A DNA stretch of 64,000 nucleotides from Escherichia coli. Lineage in GTDB: Bacteria; Pseudomonadota; Gammaproteobacteria; Enterobacterales; Enterobacteriaceae. This document shows, in pieces, positions 35,501-48,025 of this stretch. The stretch's first letter is position 1. The number at the start of each line of letters is the position of its first letter. A program made the position numbers and the translations under genes. The stretch lies in NCBI RefSeq assembly GCF_003334315.1, contig NZ_QOWR01000019.1. One strand, given 5' to 3'. Under the pieces are notes generated by a model. The model had not been told where the DNA came from, did no database searches, and worked only from the letters and a program-made list of their open reading frames with translations.

Positions 35501-36583
35501 AAAGATATCGCCGGTGAGCCGGTGGTTGCCGATCTGGCGAAAATGCCGCACTTGTTGGTTGCGGGGACTACCGGTTCCGGTAAATCTGTCGGTGTGAACG
35601 CGATGATCCTGAGCATGCTTTATAAAGCACAGCCAGAAGATGTGCGTTTCATCATGATCGACCCGAAAATGCTGGAGCTTTCGGTGTATGAAGGCATTCC
35701 GCACCTGTTAACGGAAGTCGTTACTGATATGAAAGATGCCGCCAACGCGCTGCGCTGGTGTGTTAACGAGATGGAGCGTCGGTATAAACTGATGTCTGCG
35801 CTGGGTGTGCGTAATCTGGCGGGTTATAACGAAAAAATTGCTGAAGCCGATCGCATGATGCGTCCGATTCCAGACCCGTACTGGAAGCCGGGTGACAGTA
35901 TGGATGCCCAGCATCCGGTGCTGAAAAAAGAACCATACATTGTGGTGTTGGTTGACGAATTTGCCGACCTGATGATGACGGTAGGTAAAAAAGTGGAAGA
36001 GCTGATAGCACGTCTGGCGCAAAAAGCCCGTGCCGCGGGTATCCACCTCGTACTGGCAACTCAGCGTCCATCGGTTGATGTTATTACTGGTCTGATTAAA
36101 GCGAATATTCCGACCCGTATCGCCTTTACCGTATCCAGTAAGATTGACTCACGTACCATTCTTGATCAGGCTGGCGCGGAATCACTGCTGGGGATGGGGG
36201 ATATGCTCTACTCTGGGCCGAACTCCACGTTGCCGGTACGTGTCCATGGTGCTTTTGTTCGCGATCAGGAAGTTCATGCCGTGGTGCAGGACTGGAAAGC
36301 GCGTGGTCGCCCACAGTATGTTGATGGCATCACTTCCGACAGTGAAAGCGAAGGTGGCGCGGGCGGTTTCGATGGCGCTGAAGAACTGGATCCGTTGTTC
36401 GATCAGGCGGTGCAGTTTGTCACTGAAAAACGCAAAGCGTCAATTTCTGGCGTACAGCGTCAGTTCCGCATTGGTTATAACCGTGCAGCGCGTATTATCG
36501 AACAGATGGAAGCGCAGGGGATTGTCAGCGAACAGGGGCACAACGGTAATCGTGAAGTGCTGGCCCCACCGCCGTTTGACTAA
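32594..36583 (+). CDS. ftsK: DNA translocase FtsK
   Basis: N-terminal TM domain, long Pro/Gln-rich linker, C-terminal FtsK/SpoIIIE motor (GTTGSGKS) and gamma domain; TTG start; 1329 aa. Confidence 0.95.
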   Translation: MSQEYTEDKEVTLTKLSSGRRLLEALLILIVLFAVWLMAALLSFNPSDPSWSQTAWHEPIHNLGGMPGAWLADTLFFIFGVMAYTIPVIIVGGCWFAWRHQSSDEYIDYFAVSLRIIGVLALILTSCGLAAINADDIWYFASGGVIGSLLSTTLQPLLHSSGGTIALLCVWAAGLTLFTGWSWVTIAEKLGGWILNILTFASNRTRRDDTWVDEDEYEDDEEYEDENHGKQHESRRARILRGALARRKRLAEKFINPMGRQTDAALFSGKRMDDDEEITYTARGVAADPDDVLFSGNRATQPEYDEYDPLLNGAPITEPVAVAAAATTATQSWAAPVEPVTQTPPVASVDVPPAQPTVAWQPVPGPQTGEPVIAPAPEGYPQQSQYAQPALQYNEPLQQPVQPQQPYYAPAAEQPAQQPYYAPAPEQPVAGNAWQAEEQQSTFAPQSTYQTEQTYQQPAAQEPLYQQPQPVEQQPVVEPEPVVEETKPARPPLYYFEEVEEKRAREREQLAAWYQPIPEPVKEPEPIKSSLKAPSVAAVPPVEAAAAVSPLASGVKKATLATGAAATVAAPVFSLANSGGPRPQVKEGIGPQLPRPKRIRVPTRRELASYGIKLPSQRAAEEKAREAQRNQYDSGDQYNDDEIDAMQQDELARQFAQTQQQRYGEQYQHDVPVNAEDADAAAEAELARQFAQTQQQRYSGEQPAGANPFSLDDFEFSPMKALLDDGPHEPLFTPIVEPVQQPQQPVAPQQQYQQPQQPVPPQPQYQQPQQPVAPQPQYQQPQQPVAPQQQYQQPQQPVAPQQQYQQPQQPVAPQPQDTLLHPLLMRNGDSRPLHKPTTPLPSLDLLTPPPSEVEPVDTFALEQMARLVEARLADFRIKADVVNYSPGPVITRFELNLAPGVKAARISNLSRDLARSLSTVAVRVVEVIPGKPYVGLELPNKKRQTVYLREVLDNAKFRDNPSPLTVVLGKDIAGEPVVADLAKMPHLLVAGTTGSGKSVGVNAMILSMLYKAQPEDVRFIMIDPKMLELSVYEGIPHLLTEVVTDMKDAANALRWCVNEMERRYKLMSALGVRNLAGYNEKIAEADRMMRPIPDPYWKPGDSMDAQHPVLKKEPYIVVLVDEFADLMMTVGKKVEELIARLAQKARAAGIHLVLATQRPSVDVITGLIKANIPTRIAFTVSSKIDSRTILDQAGAESLLGMGDMLYSGPNSTLPVRVHGAFVRDQEVHAVVQDWKARGRPQYVDGITSDSESEGGAGGFDGAEELDPLFDQAVQFVTEKRKASISGVQRQFRIGYNRAARIIEQMEAQGIVSEQGHNGNREVLAPPPFD
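34810..35042 (+). repeat. in-frame 39-bp tandem repeat x6 in the ftsK linker ([10 protein letters not shown][QP]QY units)
   Basis: six near-identical 13-codon units read directly from sequence. Confidence 0.85.
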
Positions 36584-36592
36584 TTAATGCAT

Positions 36593-36626
36593 TGCCGGAT
36601 AAGGCGCGGTAGCGTCGCATCCGGCA
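36593..36626. repeat. REP element in ftsK-lolA intergenic region
   Basis: tgccggataaggcgcggtagcgtcgcatccggca matches REP consensus. Confidence 0.8.
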
Positions 36627-36737
36627 CTCTATCAACTGAAAATTCAGTATTTTCTTCTTTCCTCAAGCTGATTATTAGCCTGGAATAGAGAGTAGAGGGA
36701 ACTCCCGATCGGGAGTGACGTAATTTGAGGAATAATG

Positions 36738-37349
36738 ATGAAAAAAATTGCCATCACCTGTGCATTACTCTCAAGCTTAGTAGCAAGCAGCGTTTGGGCT
36801 GATGCCGCAAGCGATCTGAAAAGCCGCCTGGATAAAGTCAGCAGCTTCCACGCCAGCTTCACACAAAAAGTGACTGATGGTAGCGGCGCGGCGGTGCAGG
36901 AAGGTCAGGGCGATCTGTGGGTGAAACGTCCAAACTTATTCAACTGGCATATGACACAACCTGATGAAAGCATTCTGGTTTCTGACGGTAAAACACTGTG
37001 GTTCTATAACCCGTTCGTTGAGCAAGCTACGGCAACCTGGCTGAAAGATGCCACCGGTAATACGCCGTTTATGCTGATTGCCCGCAACCAGTCCAGCGAC
37101 TGGCAGCAGTACAATATCAAACAGAATGGCGATGACTTTGTCCTGACGCCGAAAGCCAGCAATGGCAATCTGAAGCAGTTCACCATTAACGTGGGACGTG
37201 ATGGCACAATCCATCAGTTTAGCGCGGTGGAGCAGGACGATCAGCGCAGCAGTTATCAACTGAAATCCCAGCAAAATGGGGCTGTGGATGCAGCGAAATT
37301 TACCTTCACCCCGCCGCAAGGCGTCACGGTAGATGATCAACGTAAGTAG
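36738..37349 (+). CDS. lolA: outer-membrane lipoprotein carrier protein LolA
   Basis: 203-aa ORF with signal peptide [21 protein letters not shown]. Confidence 0.93.
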
Positions 37350-37359
37350 AGGCACCTGA

Positions 37360-38703
37360 GTGAGCAATCTGTCGCTCGATTTTTCGGATAATACTTTTCA
37401 ACCTCTGGCCGCGCGTATGCGGCCAGAAAATTTAGCACAGTATATCGGCCAGCAACATTTGCTGGCTGCGGGGAAGCCGCTGCCGCGCGCTATCGAAGCC
37501 GGGCATTTGCATTCGATGATCCTCTGGGGGCCACCGGGTACCGGCAAAACAACCCTCGCTGAAGTGATTGCCCGCTATGCGAACGCTGATGTGGAACGTA
37601 TTTCTGCCGTCACCTCTGGCGTGAAAGAGATTCGCGAGGCGATCGAGCGCGCCCGGCAAAACCGCAATGCAGGTCGCCGCACTATTCTTTTTGTTGACGA
37701 AGTTCACCGTTTCAACAAAAGCCAGCAGGATGCATTTCTGCCACATATTGAAGACGGCACCATCACTTTTATTGGCGCAACCACTGAAAACCCGTCGTTT
37801 GAGCTTAATTCGGCACTGCTTTCCCGTGCCCGTGTCTATCTGTTGAAATCCCTGAGTACAGAGGATATTGAGCAAGTACTAACTCAGGCGATGGAAGACA
37901 AAACCCGTGGCTATGGTGGTCAGGATATTGTTCTGCCAGATGAAACACGACGCGCCATTGCTGAACTGGTGAATGGCGACGCGCGCCGGGCGTTAAATAC
38001 GCTGGAAATGATGGCGGATATGGCCGAAGTCGATGATAGCGGTAAGCGGGTCCTGAAGCCTGAATTACTGACCGAAATCGCCGGTGAACGTAGCGCCCGC
38101 TTTGATAACAAAGGCGATCGCTTTTACGATCTCATTTCCGCACTGCATAAGTCGGTACGTGGTAGCGCACCCGATGCGGCGCTGTACTGGTATGCGCGAA
38201 TTATTACCGCTGGTGGCGATCCGTTATATGTCGCGCGTCGCTGTTTGGCGATAGCGTCTGAAGATGTGGGTAACGCTGATCCACGAGCGATGCAGGTGGC
38301 AATTGCGGCCTGGGATTGCTTTACTCGCGTTGGCCCGGCGGAAGGTGAACGCGCCATTGCTCAGGCGATTGTTTACCTGGCCTGCGCGCCAAAAAGCAAC
38401 GCTGTCTACACTGCGTTTAAAGCCGCGCTGGCCGATGCTCGCGAACGCCCGGATTATGACGTACCGGTTCATTTGCGTAATGCGCCGACGAAATTAATGA
38501 AGGAAATGGGCTACGGGCAGGAATATCGTTACGCTCATGATGAAGCAAACGCTTATGCTGCCGGTGAGGTTTACTTCCCGCCGGAAATAGCACAAACACG
38601 CTATTATTTCCCGACAAACAGGGGCCTTGAAGGCAAGATTGGCGAAAAGCTCGCCTGGCTGGCTGAACAGGATCAAAATAGCCCCATAAAACGCTACCGT
38701 TAA
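37360..38703 (+). CDS. rarA: replication-associated recombination protein A (AAA+ ATPase, MgsA)
   Basis: Walker [13 protein letters not shown] start; 447 aa. Confidence 0.92.
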
Positions 38704-38772
38704 TGTTATCGTTGCGGTAATGTTGTTACTGTATCCCTGTGGTCGCAGGCTGTGGCCACATCTCCCATTTAA

Positions 38773-40086
<1,314 letters not shown>

Positions 40087-40106
40087 TACCCAATTTTTCT
40101 GAATCT

Positions 40107-40133
40107 AAAAAGCGCCTGCGGGCGCTTTTTTTG
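40107..40133 (+). terminator. rho-independent terminator of serS
   Basis: hairpin agcgcc-tgcg-ggcgct followed by T7. Confidence 0.8.
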
Positions 40134-40140
40134 TCTCCCT

Positions 40141-40154
40141 TTGATACCGAACAA
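40141..40154. promoter_or_regulatory. FNR-type site upstream of dmsA
   Basis: ttgataccgaacaa approximates TTGAT-N4-ATCAA; dmsABC is a known FNR-activated anaerobic operon. Confidence 0.45.
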
Positions 40155-40324
40155 TAATTACTCCTCACTTACACGTAATACTACTTTCGAGTGAAAATCT
40201 ACCTATCTCTTTGATTTTCAAATTATTCGATGTATACAAGCCTATATAGCGAACTGCTATAGAAATAATTACACAATACGGTTTGTTACTGGAATCAATC
40301 GTGAGCAAGCTTGAGTGAGCCATT

Positions 40325-42769
40325 ATGAAAACGAAAATCCCTGATGCGGTATTGGCTGCTGAGGTGAGTCGCCGTGGTTTGGTAAAAACGACAGCGATCG
40401 GCGGCCTGGCAATGGCCAGCAGCGCATTAACATTACCTTTTAGTCGGATTGCGCACGCTGTCGATAGCGCCATTCCAACAAAATCAGACGAAAAGGTTAT
40501 CTGGAGCGCCTGTACAGTTAACTGTGGTAGTCGCTGCCCGCTACGTATGCACGTCGTGGACGGTGAAATCAAATATGTCGAAACGGACAATACCGGCGAT
40601 GACAATTACGACGGCCTGCACCAGGTTCGCGCCTGCCTGCGTGGGCGTTCCATGCGTCGCCGTGTCTACAATCCGGACCGCCTGAAATATCCGATGAAAC
40701 GAGTCGGGGCGCGCGGTGAAGGCAAATTCGAGCGCATTAGCTGGGAAGAAGCCTACGACATCATCGCGACCAATATGCAGCGCCTGATCAAAGAGTACGG
40801 CAACGAGTCTATCTATCTGAACTATGGCACCGGTACGCTGGGCGGCACCATGACCCGCTCCTGGCCGCCGGGAAATACCCTGGTCGCGCGGCTGATGAAC
40901 TGCTGCGGCGGCTATCTGAACCATTACGGCGACTACTCCTCCGCGCAAATTGCGGAAGGTTTGAACTATACCTACGGCGGCTGGGCAGATGGCAACAGCC
41001 CGTCGGATATCGAAAACAGTAAGCTGGTAGTGCTGTTTGGTAATAACCCTGGCGAAACGCGAATGAGTGGCGGTGGGGTGACTTACTATCTTGAACAGGC
41101 ACGCCAGAAATCTAATGCCCGCATGATCATCATCGATCCGCGCTATACCGACACCGGTGCCGGGCGCGAAGATGAGTGGATCCCTATTCGTCCGGGAACA
41201 GATGCCGCACTGGTTAACGGTCTGGCGTACGTCATGATCACTGAAAACCTGGTGGATCAGGCATTCCTCGATAAATATTGCGTTGGCTACGATGAGAAAA
41301 CCCTGCCAGTCAGTGCGCCGAAAAATGGCCACTATAAAGCTTATATTCTGGGTGAAGGGCCAGATGGCGTGGCTAAAACGCCGGAATGGGCCTCGCAAAT
41401 CACTGGTGTTCCGGCAGACAAAATCATCAAATTGGCTCGTGAAATCGGTAGTACCAAACCGGCGTTTATCAGCCAGGGATGGGGCCCGCAGCGTCACGCT
41501 AACGGTGAAATCGCAACCCGTGCTATCTCGATGCTGGCGATTCTGACCGGTAACGTTGGTATTAACGGAGGCAACAGCGGCGCGCGTGAAGGTTCATACA
41601 GCTTACCGTTTGTCCGTATGCCGACCTTGGAAAACCCGATCCAGACCAGCATTTCGATGTTTATGTGGACCGATGCCATTGAACGTGGCCCGGAAATGAC
41701 GGCGCTGCGTGATGGTGTACGCGGGAAAGATAAGCTGGATGTGCCGATCAAAATGATCTGGAACTATGCCGGTAACTGCCTGATTAACCAGCATTCTGAA
41801 ATCAACCGTACCCATGAAATCCTTCAGGATGATAAGAAGTGCGAGCTGATTGTGGTTATCGACTGCCACATGACCTCATCGGCGAAATATGCTGACATCC
41901 TGCTGCCTGACTGCACCGCTTCCGAACAGATGGACTTTGCGCTGGATGCATCCTGCGGGAATATGTCTTACGTGATTTTCAACGATCAGGTGATTAAACC
42001 GCGCTTTGAATGTAAGACCATCTATGAAATGACCAGCGAACTGGCAAAACGTCTTGGCGTTGAGCAACAGTTTACTGAAGGCCGTACCCAGGAAGAGTGG
42101 ATGCGGCATCTGTATGCCCAGTCGCGGGAAGCGATTCCTGAACTGCCAACGTTTGAAGAGTTCCGCAAGCAGGGGATCTTTAAAAAGCGCGACCCACAAG
42201 GGCATCACGTTGCTTATAAAGCCTTCCGTGAAGATCCGCAGGCAAACCCACTGACTACGCCATCGGGCAAAATTGAGATTTATTCGCAGGCGCTGGCTGA
42301 CATTGCCGCTACCTGGGAATTGCCTGAAGGCGATGTGATCGATCCACTGCCGATCTACACGCCGGGCTTTGAAAGTTATCAGGATCCGCTGAACAAACAG
42401 TATCCGCTGCAGCTTACAGGTTTCCACTATAAATCTCGCGTTCACTCAACTTACGGCAACGTTGATGTGCTGAAAGCGGCTTGCCGTCAGGAAATGTGGA
42501 TCAACCCGCTTGATGCCCAAAAACGCGGTATCCACAACGGCGATAAAGTCAGGATCTTTAACGATCGTGGTGAGGTTCATATTGAGGCGAAAGTGACGCC
42601 ACGAATGATGCCGGGTGTGGTCGCACTGGGTGAAGGTGCCTGGTATGACCCGGATGCAAAACGTGTCGATAAGGGTGGTTGTATTAACGTACTGACCACT
42701 CAACGTCCGTCTCCTCTCGCTAAGGGGAATCCGTCACATACAAACCTTGTTCAGGTTGAAAAGGTGTAA
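40325..42769 (+). CDS. dmsA: DMSO reductase catalytic subunit A (molybdopterin, Tat-exported)
   Basis: twin-arginine signal SRRGLVKTTAIGG; N-terminal Cys cluster CTVNCGSRCP; 814 aa. Confidence 0.95.
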   Translation: MKTKIPDAVLAAEVSRRGLVKTTAIGGLAMASSALTLPFSRIAHAVDSAIPTKSDEKVIWSACTVNCGSRCPLRMHVVDGEIKYVETDNTGDDNYDGLHQVRACLRGRSMRRRVYNPDRLKYPMKRVGARGEGKFERISWEEAYDIIATNMQRLIKEYGNESIYLNYGTGTLGGTMTRSWPPGNTLVARLMNCCGGYLNHYGDYSSAQIAEGLNYTYGGWADGNSPSDIENSKLVVLFGNNPGETRMSGGGVTYYLEQARQKSNARMIIIDPRYTDTGAGREDEWIPIRPGTDAALVNGLAYVMITENLVDQAFLDKYCVGYDEKTLPVSAPKNGHYKAYILGEGPDGVAKTPEWASQITGVPADKIIKLAREIGSTKPAFISQGWGPQRHANGEIATRAISMLAILTGNVGINGGNSGAREGSYSLPFVRMPTLENPIQTSISMFMWTDAIERGPEMTALRDGVRGKDKLDVPIKMIWNYAGNCLINQHSEINRTHEILQDDKKCELIVVIDCHMTSSAKYADILLPDCTASEQMDFALDASCGNMSYVIFNDQVIKPRFECKTIYEMTSELAKRLGVEQQFTEGRTQEEWMRHLYAQSREAIPELPTFEEFRKQGIFKKRDPQGHHVAYKAFREDPQANPLTTPSGKIEIYSQALADIAATWELPEGDVIDPLPIYTPGFESYQDPLNKQYPLQLTGFHYKSRVHSTYGNVDVLKAACRQEMWINPLDAQKRGIHNGDKVRIFNDRGEVHIEAKVTPRMMPGVVALGEGAWYDPDAKRVDKGGCINVLTTQRPSPLAKGNPSHTNLVQVEKV

Positions 42770-42779
42770 GGAGTAACCG

Positions 42780-43397
42780 ATGACAACCCAGTATGGATTT
42801 TTTATTGATTCCAGCCGTTGCACCGGTTGCAAAACCTGCGAGCTGGCCTGTAAAGACTACAAAGATTTGACGCCAGAAGTCAGCTTCCGCCGCATTTATG
42901 AATATGCTGGCGGCGACTGGCAGGAAGATAACGGTGTCTGGCACCAGAACGTGTTTGCCTACTATCTGTCGATTTCATGTAACCACTGCGAAGATCCGGC
43001 TTGTACTAAAGTCTGCCCGAGCGGTGCGATGCATAAACGTGAAGATGGTTTTGTTGTGGTCGATGAAGATGTGTGCATTGGCTGCCGCTACTGCCATATG
43101 GCTTGCCCGTATGGCGCACCGCAATATAACGAAACGAAAGGCCATATGACCAAATGCGATGGTTGTTATGACCGTGTTGCGGAGGGTAAAAAGCCGATCT
43201 GTGTTGAATCTTGTCCGCTGCGGGCGCTGGATTTCGGCCCTATCGACGAGCTGCGTAAAAAACATGGCGATCTGGCGGCCGTTGCGCCGTTGCCGCGAGC
43301 TCACTTTACCAAACCGAATATTGTGATCAAACCCAATGCCAATAGCCGCCCGACCGGGGATACCACTGGCTATCTGGCAAACCCGAAGGAGGTGTGA
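42780..43397 (+). CDS. dmsB: DMSO reductase iron-sulfur subunit B
   Basis: four ferredoxin-like Cys clusters (CTGCKTCELAC etc.). Confidence 0.95.
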   Translation: MTTQYGFFIDSSRCTGCKTCELACKDYKDLTPEVSFRRIYEYAGGDWQEDNGVWHQNVFAYYLSISCNHCEDPACTKVCPSGAMHKREDGFVVVDEDVCIGCRYCHMACPYGAPQYNETKGHMTKCDGCYDRVAEGKKPICVESCPLRALDFGPIDELRKKHGDLAAVAPLPRAHFTKPNIVIKPNANSRPTGDTTGYLANPKEV

Positions 43398-43398
43398 G

Positions 43399-44262
43399 AT
43401 GGGAAGTGGATGGCATGAATGGCCGCTGATGATCTTCACGGTCTTCGGGCAATGTGTAGCAGGTGGTTTTATCGTTCTGGCTTTGGCGCTGCTCAAAGGC
43501 GACCTGCGAGCAGAAGCCCAGCAGCGTGTTATCGCCTGCATGTTTGGTTTATGGGTGCTGATGGGCATTGGCTTTATCGCCTCTATGCTCCATCTTGGTT
43601 CACCAATGCGCGCTTTTAACTCGCTCAACCGGGTAGGGGCTTCAGCACTCAGTAACGAAATCGCCAGCGGTTCGATCTTTTTTGCCGTAGGCGGCATCGG
43701 CTGGTTGCTGGCAATGCTGAAAAAGCTGTCACCGGCATTGCGTACGCTGTGGCTGATAGTGACGATGGTTCTTGGCGTCATCTTTGTCTGGATGATGGTG
43801 CGTGTGTATAACAGCATTGATACCGTTCCGACCTGGTACAGCATCTGGACACCGATGGGCTTCTTCCTGACGATGTTTATGGGCGGCCCGTTACTGGGTT
43901 ACCTGTTGTTGAGTCTGGCTGGCGTCGATGGCTGGGCGATGCGTCTGCTGCCAGCAATTTCTGTACTGGCACTGGTAGTGAGTGGCGTGGTGTCAGTGAT
44001 GCAGGGCGCAGAGCTGGCGACTATTCATAGTTCTGTGCAGCAGGCCGCAGCGCTGGTGCCGGACTATGGTGCGCTGATGTCCTGGCGGATCGTGCTTTTG
44101 GCCGTTGCCCTGTGCTTGTGGATTGCACCACAGCTAAAAGGTTATCAGCCTGCGGTTCCGCTACTTTCTGTATCATTCATTCTGCTTCTGGCAGGGGAAT
44201 TAATCGGTCGCGGCGTATTCTATGGTTTGCATATGACCGTGGGGATGGCCGTCGCAAGCTAA
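43399..44262 (+). CDS. dmsC: DMSO reductase membrane anchor subunit C
   Basis: polytopic membrane ORF; 287 aa from MGSGWHEWPL. Confidence 0.92.
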   Translation: MGSGWHEWPLMIFTVFGQCVAGGFIVLALALLKGDLRAEAQQRVIACMFGLWVLMGIGFIASMLHLGSPMRAFNSLNRVGASALSNEIASGSIFFAVGGIGWLLAMLKKLSPALRTLWLIVTMVLGVIFVWMMVRVYNSIDTVPTWYSIWTPMGFFLTMFMGGPLLGYLLLSLAGVDGWAMRLLPAISVLALVVSGVVSVMQGAELATIHSSVQQAAALVPDYGALMSWRIVLLAVALCLWIAPQLKGYQPAVPLLSVSFILLLAGELIGRGVFYGLHMTVGMAVAS

Positions 44263-44269
44263 TCATAAC

Positions 44270-44305
44270 AACCGGGGTTTCGGCCCCGGTTCTCTTTTAT
44301 TTCTG
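44270..44305 (+). terminator. terminator of dmsC (overlaps ycaC 3' end)
   Basis: hairpin aaccgggg-tttcgg-ccccggtt followed by T-rich tract. Confidence 0.7.
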
Positions 44306-44923
44306 CTTCGTTAACGTGTCATAACTGGTCATCAAATTACGATAATCAGGAATGTGGTTAGAGAACAACGTCGCCAGTCCTTCAATATCATTACGCCAGT
44401 CGCGATGCAGCTCGCACGCCACGCCGAACCATGTCATCAATTGCGCACCAGCTTGCGACAAGCGATCCCATGCCGAATGCCGGGTAATTTCATTAAAGGT
44501 CCCTGACGCGTCAGTCACGACAAAGACGTCAAACCCTTCTTCAATGGCTGAAAGCGCCGGGAATGCCACGCAAACTTCGGTTACCACACCGGCAATAATT
44601 AACTGTTTTTTACCTGTCGCTTTGACAGCTTTTACAAAATCTTCGTTATCCCAGGCGTTAATATTTCCCGGGCGAGCAATGTAAGGTGTATCGGGGAATT
44701 GTGCTTTCAGTTCTGGAACTAATGGGCCGTTAGGACCGGTTTCAAAACTGGTGGTAAGAATAGTTGGTAAGTTGAAATACTTAGCCAGGTCACCCAGCGC
44801 CAGCACGTTATTTTTAAACTTATCGGGTTCGATATCCCGTACAAGGGAAAGTAAACCAGCCTGGTGATCAACAAGCAAAACGGCAGCATCATTTTTATCA
44901 AGACGAACATACGGTTTGGTCAT
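44297..44923 (-). CDS. ycaC: isochorismatase-family hydrolase YcaC
   Basis: 208-aa ORF, cysteine-hydrolase-like. Confidence 0.9.
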   Translation of the reverse strand: MTKPYVRLDKNDAAVLLVDHQAGLLSLVRDIEPDKFKNNVLALGDLAKYFNLPTILTTSFETGPNGPLVPELKAQFPDTPYIARPGNINAWDNEDFVKAVKATGKKQLIIAGVVTEVCVAFPALSAIEEGFDVFVVTDASGTFNEITRHSAWDRLSQAGAQLMTWFGVACELHRDWRNDIEGLATLFSNHIPDYRNLMTSYDTLTKQK

Positions 44924-45236
44924 CCTCTTCTCCTTTCGAGAGTCAGTGGTACGTCTGAAATCGATCAGACGCGATGCATTGCTCTGAAAGCATAGACGGG
45001 AAATATGAGTTTGCTGTGACCATGAAATTTTTCGACTGAACGAAGCGTATGAAATTTGTGTTAGTTCAATAAAAACAATCAGATGAGACTAATCATCTCT
45101 TCAGCATTAGCGTTATGAATGAGTAATATAAATCGATAATACCGCCGCTGGGATATCGCGTATTTTCACCCATTGACAATGTTTTTGGCGGTGGCATGAT
45201 GCGCATGAAATTTGAACTTCCTCACGGTTTTAATTC

Positions 45237-46385
45237 ATGTCCACGTATACCCGGCCTGTCATGCTTTTGCTGTCTGGCCTGCTTTTGTTGACTCTGGCGA
45301 TTGCGGTGTTAAATACACTCGTGCCGCTTTGGCTCGCCCAGGAACACATGTCCACATGGCAGGTAGGCGTTGTCAGCTCATCCTATTTTACCGGCAACCT
45401 TGTCGGTACATTGCTGACAGGGTATGTCATTAAGCGCATTGGCTTTAACCGCAGCTATTATCTGGCCTCCTTCATTTTTGCCGCTGGCTGTGCCGGCCTT
45501 GGCCTGATGATTGGATTCTGGAGCTGGTTGGCTTGGCGTTTTGTCGCGGGCGTCGGCTGTGCCATGATTTGGGTGGTTGTTGAGAGCGCGCTGATGTGCA
45601 GTGGGACGTCACGTAACCGTGGGCGTTTGCTTGCTGCGTATATGATGGTTTATTACGTGGGAACGTTTTTAGGCCAGTTACTGGTCAGCAAAGTTTCAAC
45701 CGAGCTGATGTCCGTATTGCCGTGGGTTACAGGTTTGACGTTGGCAGGGATCTTACCGCTGTTGTTTACGCGTGTGCTGAATCAGCAGGCTGAAAACCAT
45801 GATTCGACGTCAATTACGTCAATGCTAAAACTCCGTCAGGCGCGGCTTGGCGTGAATGGCTGCATTATCTCAGGAATCGTTCTGGGATCTCTATATGGCC
45901 TGATGCCGCTGTACCTCAATCACAAAGGGGTGAGCAATGCCAGCATTGGTTTCTGGATGGCGGTACTGGTCAGTGCGGGTATCCTTGGACAATGGCCGAT
46001 TGGACGTCTGGCGGATAAGTTTGGTCGACTGCTGGTGTTGCGTGTTCAGGTCTTTGTCGTCATTCTCGGCAGTATCGCGATGCTTAGCCAGGCGGCGATG
46101 GCCCCAGCGTTATTCATCCTCGGTGCCGCTGGCTTTACGCTATATCCGGTGGCGATGGCATGGGCTTGCGAGAAAGTTGAACATCATCAACTGGTGGCGA
46201 TGAACCAGGCCTTACTGTTGAGCTATACTGTGGGAAGTCTGCTTGGCCCGTCATTTACCGCTATGCTAATGCAGAATTTCTCCGATAATTTATTGTTTAT
46301 CATGATCGCCAGCGTATCGTTTATCTATTTGCTGATGCTGCTGCGCAACGCCGGTCATACGCCGAAACCCGTTGCTCACGTGTAA
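45237..46385 (+). CDS. ycaD: MFS transporter YcaD
   Basis: 12-TM MFS-like 382-aa ORF. Confidence 0.9.
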   Translation: MSTYTRPVMLLLSGLLLLTLAIAVLNTLVPLWLAQEHMSTWQVGVVSSSYFTGNLVGTLLTGYVIKRIGFNRSYYLASFIFAAGCAGLGLMIGFWSWLAWRFVAGVGCAMIWVVVESALMCSGTSRNRGRLLAAYMMVYYVGTFLGQLLVSKVSTELMSVLPWVTGLTLAGILPLLFTRVLNQQAENHDSTSITSMLKLRQARLGVNGCIISGIVLGSLYGLMPLYLNHKGVSNASIGFWMAVLVSAGILGQWPIGRLADKFGRLLVLRVQVFVVILGSIAMLSQAAMAPALFILGAAGFTLYPVAMAWACEKVEHHQLVAMNQALLLSYTVGSLLGPSFTAMLMQNFSDNLLFIMIASVSFIYLLMLLRNAGHTPKPVAHV

Positions 46386-46392
46386 ATGAATT

Positions 46393-46434
46393 CAAGCAGA
46401 GTGTGAACTTACTGTTTCACACTCTGCTTTTTTG
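46393..46434 (+). terminator. strong rho-independent terminator of ycaD
   Basis: perfect 14-bp stem aagcagagtgtgaa..ttcacactctgctt followed by T-run. Confidence 0.85.
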
Positions 46435-46594
46435 TTTCTTCTATCTGACTTGCTTTATTCCAAATTTTATTCGTTTAAAAATAAAATGTGCAGCAGGTTA
46501 TAATTTTGCATTTCGCTATTTCCGCACTTCTTATTTGCCGCGCATAATCCCTCGTTTTACAGATGCCCCTTTAATTTTGGCGAAGGATTTGTCT

Positions 46595-48025
46595 ATGGCT
46601 GGGAATGTTCAGGAAAAACAGTTGCGATGGTACAACATTGCGCTGATGTCTTTTATCACTGTCTGGGGTTTTGGCAACGTTGTTAATAACTATGCCAACC
46701 AGGGGCTGGTGGTTGTTTTTTCATGGGTGTTTATCTTTGCACTCTATTTCACACCTTATGCGCTAATTGTTGGTCAGTTAGGCTCGACCTTCAAAGATGG
46801 GAAGGGCGGGGTCAGTACCTGGATTAAACACACGATGGGACCCGGACTGGCTTATCTCGCCGCGTGGACCTACTGGGTGGTGCATATTCCCTATCTGGCA
46901 CAAAAACCCCAGGCAATTCTGATTGCGCTCGGTTGGGCGATGAAAGGCGACGGTTCGCTAATCAAAGAATATTCAGTCGTAGCGTTACAGGGGTTAACGC
47001 TGGTGCTGTTTATCTTCTTTATGTGGGTTGCTTCACGCGGTATGAAATCGCTGAAAATCGTCGGTTCTGTGGCAGGGATTGCTATGTTTGTTATGTCGCT
47101 CCTGTATGTGGCGATGGCGGTAACCGCGCCTGCAATTACTGAAGTGCATATTGCGACCACAAACATTACCTGGGAAACGTTCATTCCTCATATCGACTTT
47201 ACCTACATTACCACTATTTCAATGCTGGTTTTCGCGGTTGGCGGAGCAGAGAAGATTTCTCCTTACGTTAATCAAACGCGCAACCCAGGAAAAGAATTTC
47301 CAAAAGGGATGTTATGCCTGGCGGTGATGGTTGCGGTTTGTGCCATTCTGGGCTCGCTGGCGATGGGGATGATGTTTGATTCGCGTAATATCCCGGATGA
47401 CTTAATGACCAACGGTCAGTATTACGCCTTTCAGAAGCTGGGCGAGTATTACAACATGGGTAATACTTTAATGGTGATTTACGCCATTGCGAATACCCTG
47501 GGACAAGTAGCGGCGCTGGTATTCTCGATTGATGCCCCGCTTAAAGTGCTATTAGGTGATGCTGACAGCAAATATATTCCAGCCAGTTTATGTCGTACCA
47601 ACGCTTCTGGTACGCCCGTTAATGGCTATTTTCTGACCCTGGTACTGGTGGCGATTCTGATTATGCTGCCGACTCTCGGCATTGGTGATATGAACAATCT
47701 CTATAAATGGCTGTTGAACCTTAATTCGGTAGTGATGCCGCTGCGTTATTTATGGGTATTTGTTGCATTTATTGCAGTCGTTCGCTTGGCGCAGAAATAT
47801 AAACCAGAATATGTCTTTATTCGTAATAAGCCTCTGGCAATGACCGTCGGGATTTGGTGTTTTGCCTTTACCGCCTTTGCCTGTTTGACGGGGATCTTCC
47901 CGAAAATGGAAGCCTTCACTGCAGAGTGGACCTTCCAGTTGGCGCTGAATGTTGCAACGCCGTTTGTGCTGGTAGGATTAGGACTGATATTCCCGCTGCT
48001 GGCGCGTAAAGCGAATAGTAAATAA
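46595..48025 (+). CDS. ycaM: APC-family amino acid transporter YcaM
   Basis: polytopic ORF; start at ATG 46595 (MAGNVQEK) gives 476 aa; supplied ORF is 5'-extended. Confidence 0.88.
   Translation: MAGNVQEKQLRWYNIALMSFITVWGFGNVVNNYANQGLVVVFSWVFIFALYFTPYALIVGQLGSTFKDGKGGVSTWIKHTMGPGLAYLAAWTYWVVHIPYLAQKPQAILIALGWAMKGDGSLIKEYSVVALQGLTLVLFIFFMWVASRGMKSLKIVGSVAGIAMFVMSLLYVAMAVTAPAITEVHIATTNITWETFIPHIDFTYITTISMLVFAVGGAEKISPYVNQTRNPGKEFPKGMLCLAVMVAVCAILGSLAMGMMFDSRNIPDDLMTNGQYYAFQKLGEYYNMGNTLMVIYAIANTLGQVAALVFSIDAPLKVLLGDADSKYIPASLCRTNASGTPVNGYFLTLVLVAILIMLPTLGIGDMNNLYKWLLNLNSVVMPLRYLWVFVAFIAVVRLAQKYKPEYVFIRNKPLAMTVGIWCFAFTAFACLTGIFPKMEAFTAEWTFQLALNVATPFVLVGLGLIFPLLARKANSK

Noticed and set aside
40165-40605. 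146-aa minus-strand ORF spanning the serS-dmsA intergenic region and the dmsA start
   Set aside because: Runs antisense through the dmsA promoter and signal-peptide region; AT-rich, no RBS; the region is better explained by the dmsA regulatory region and FNR site.
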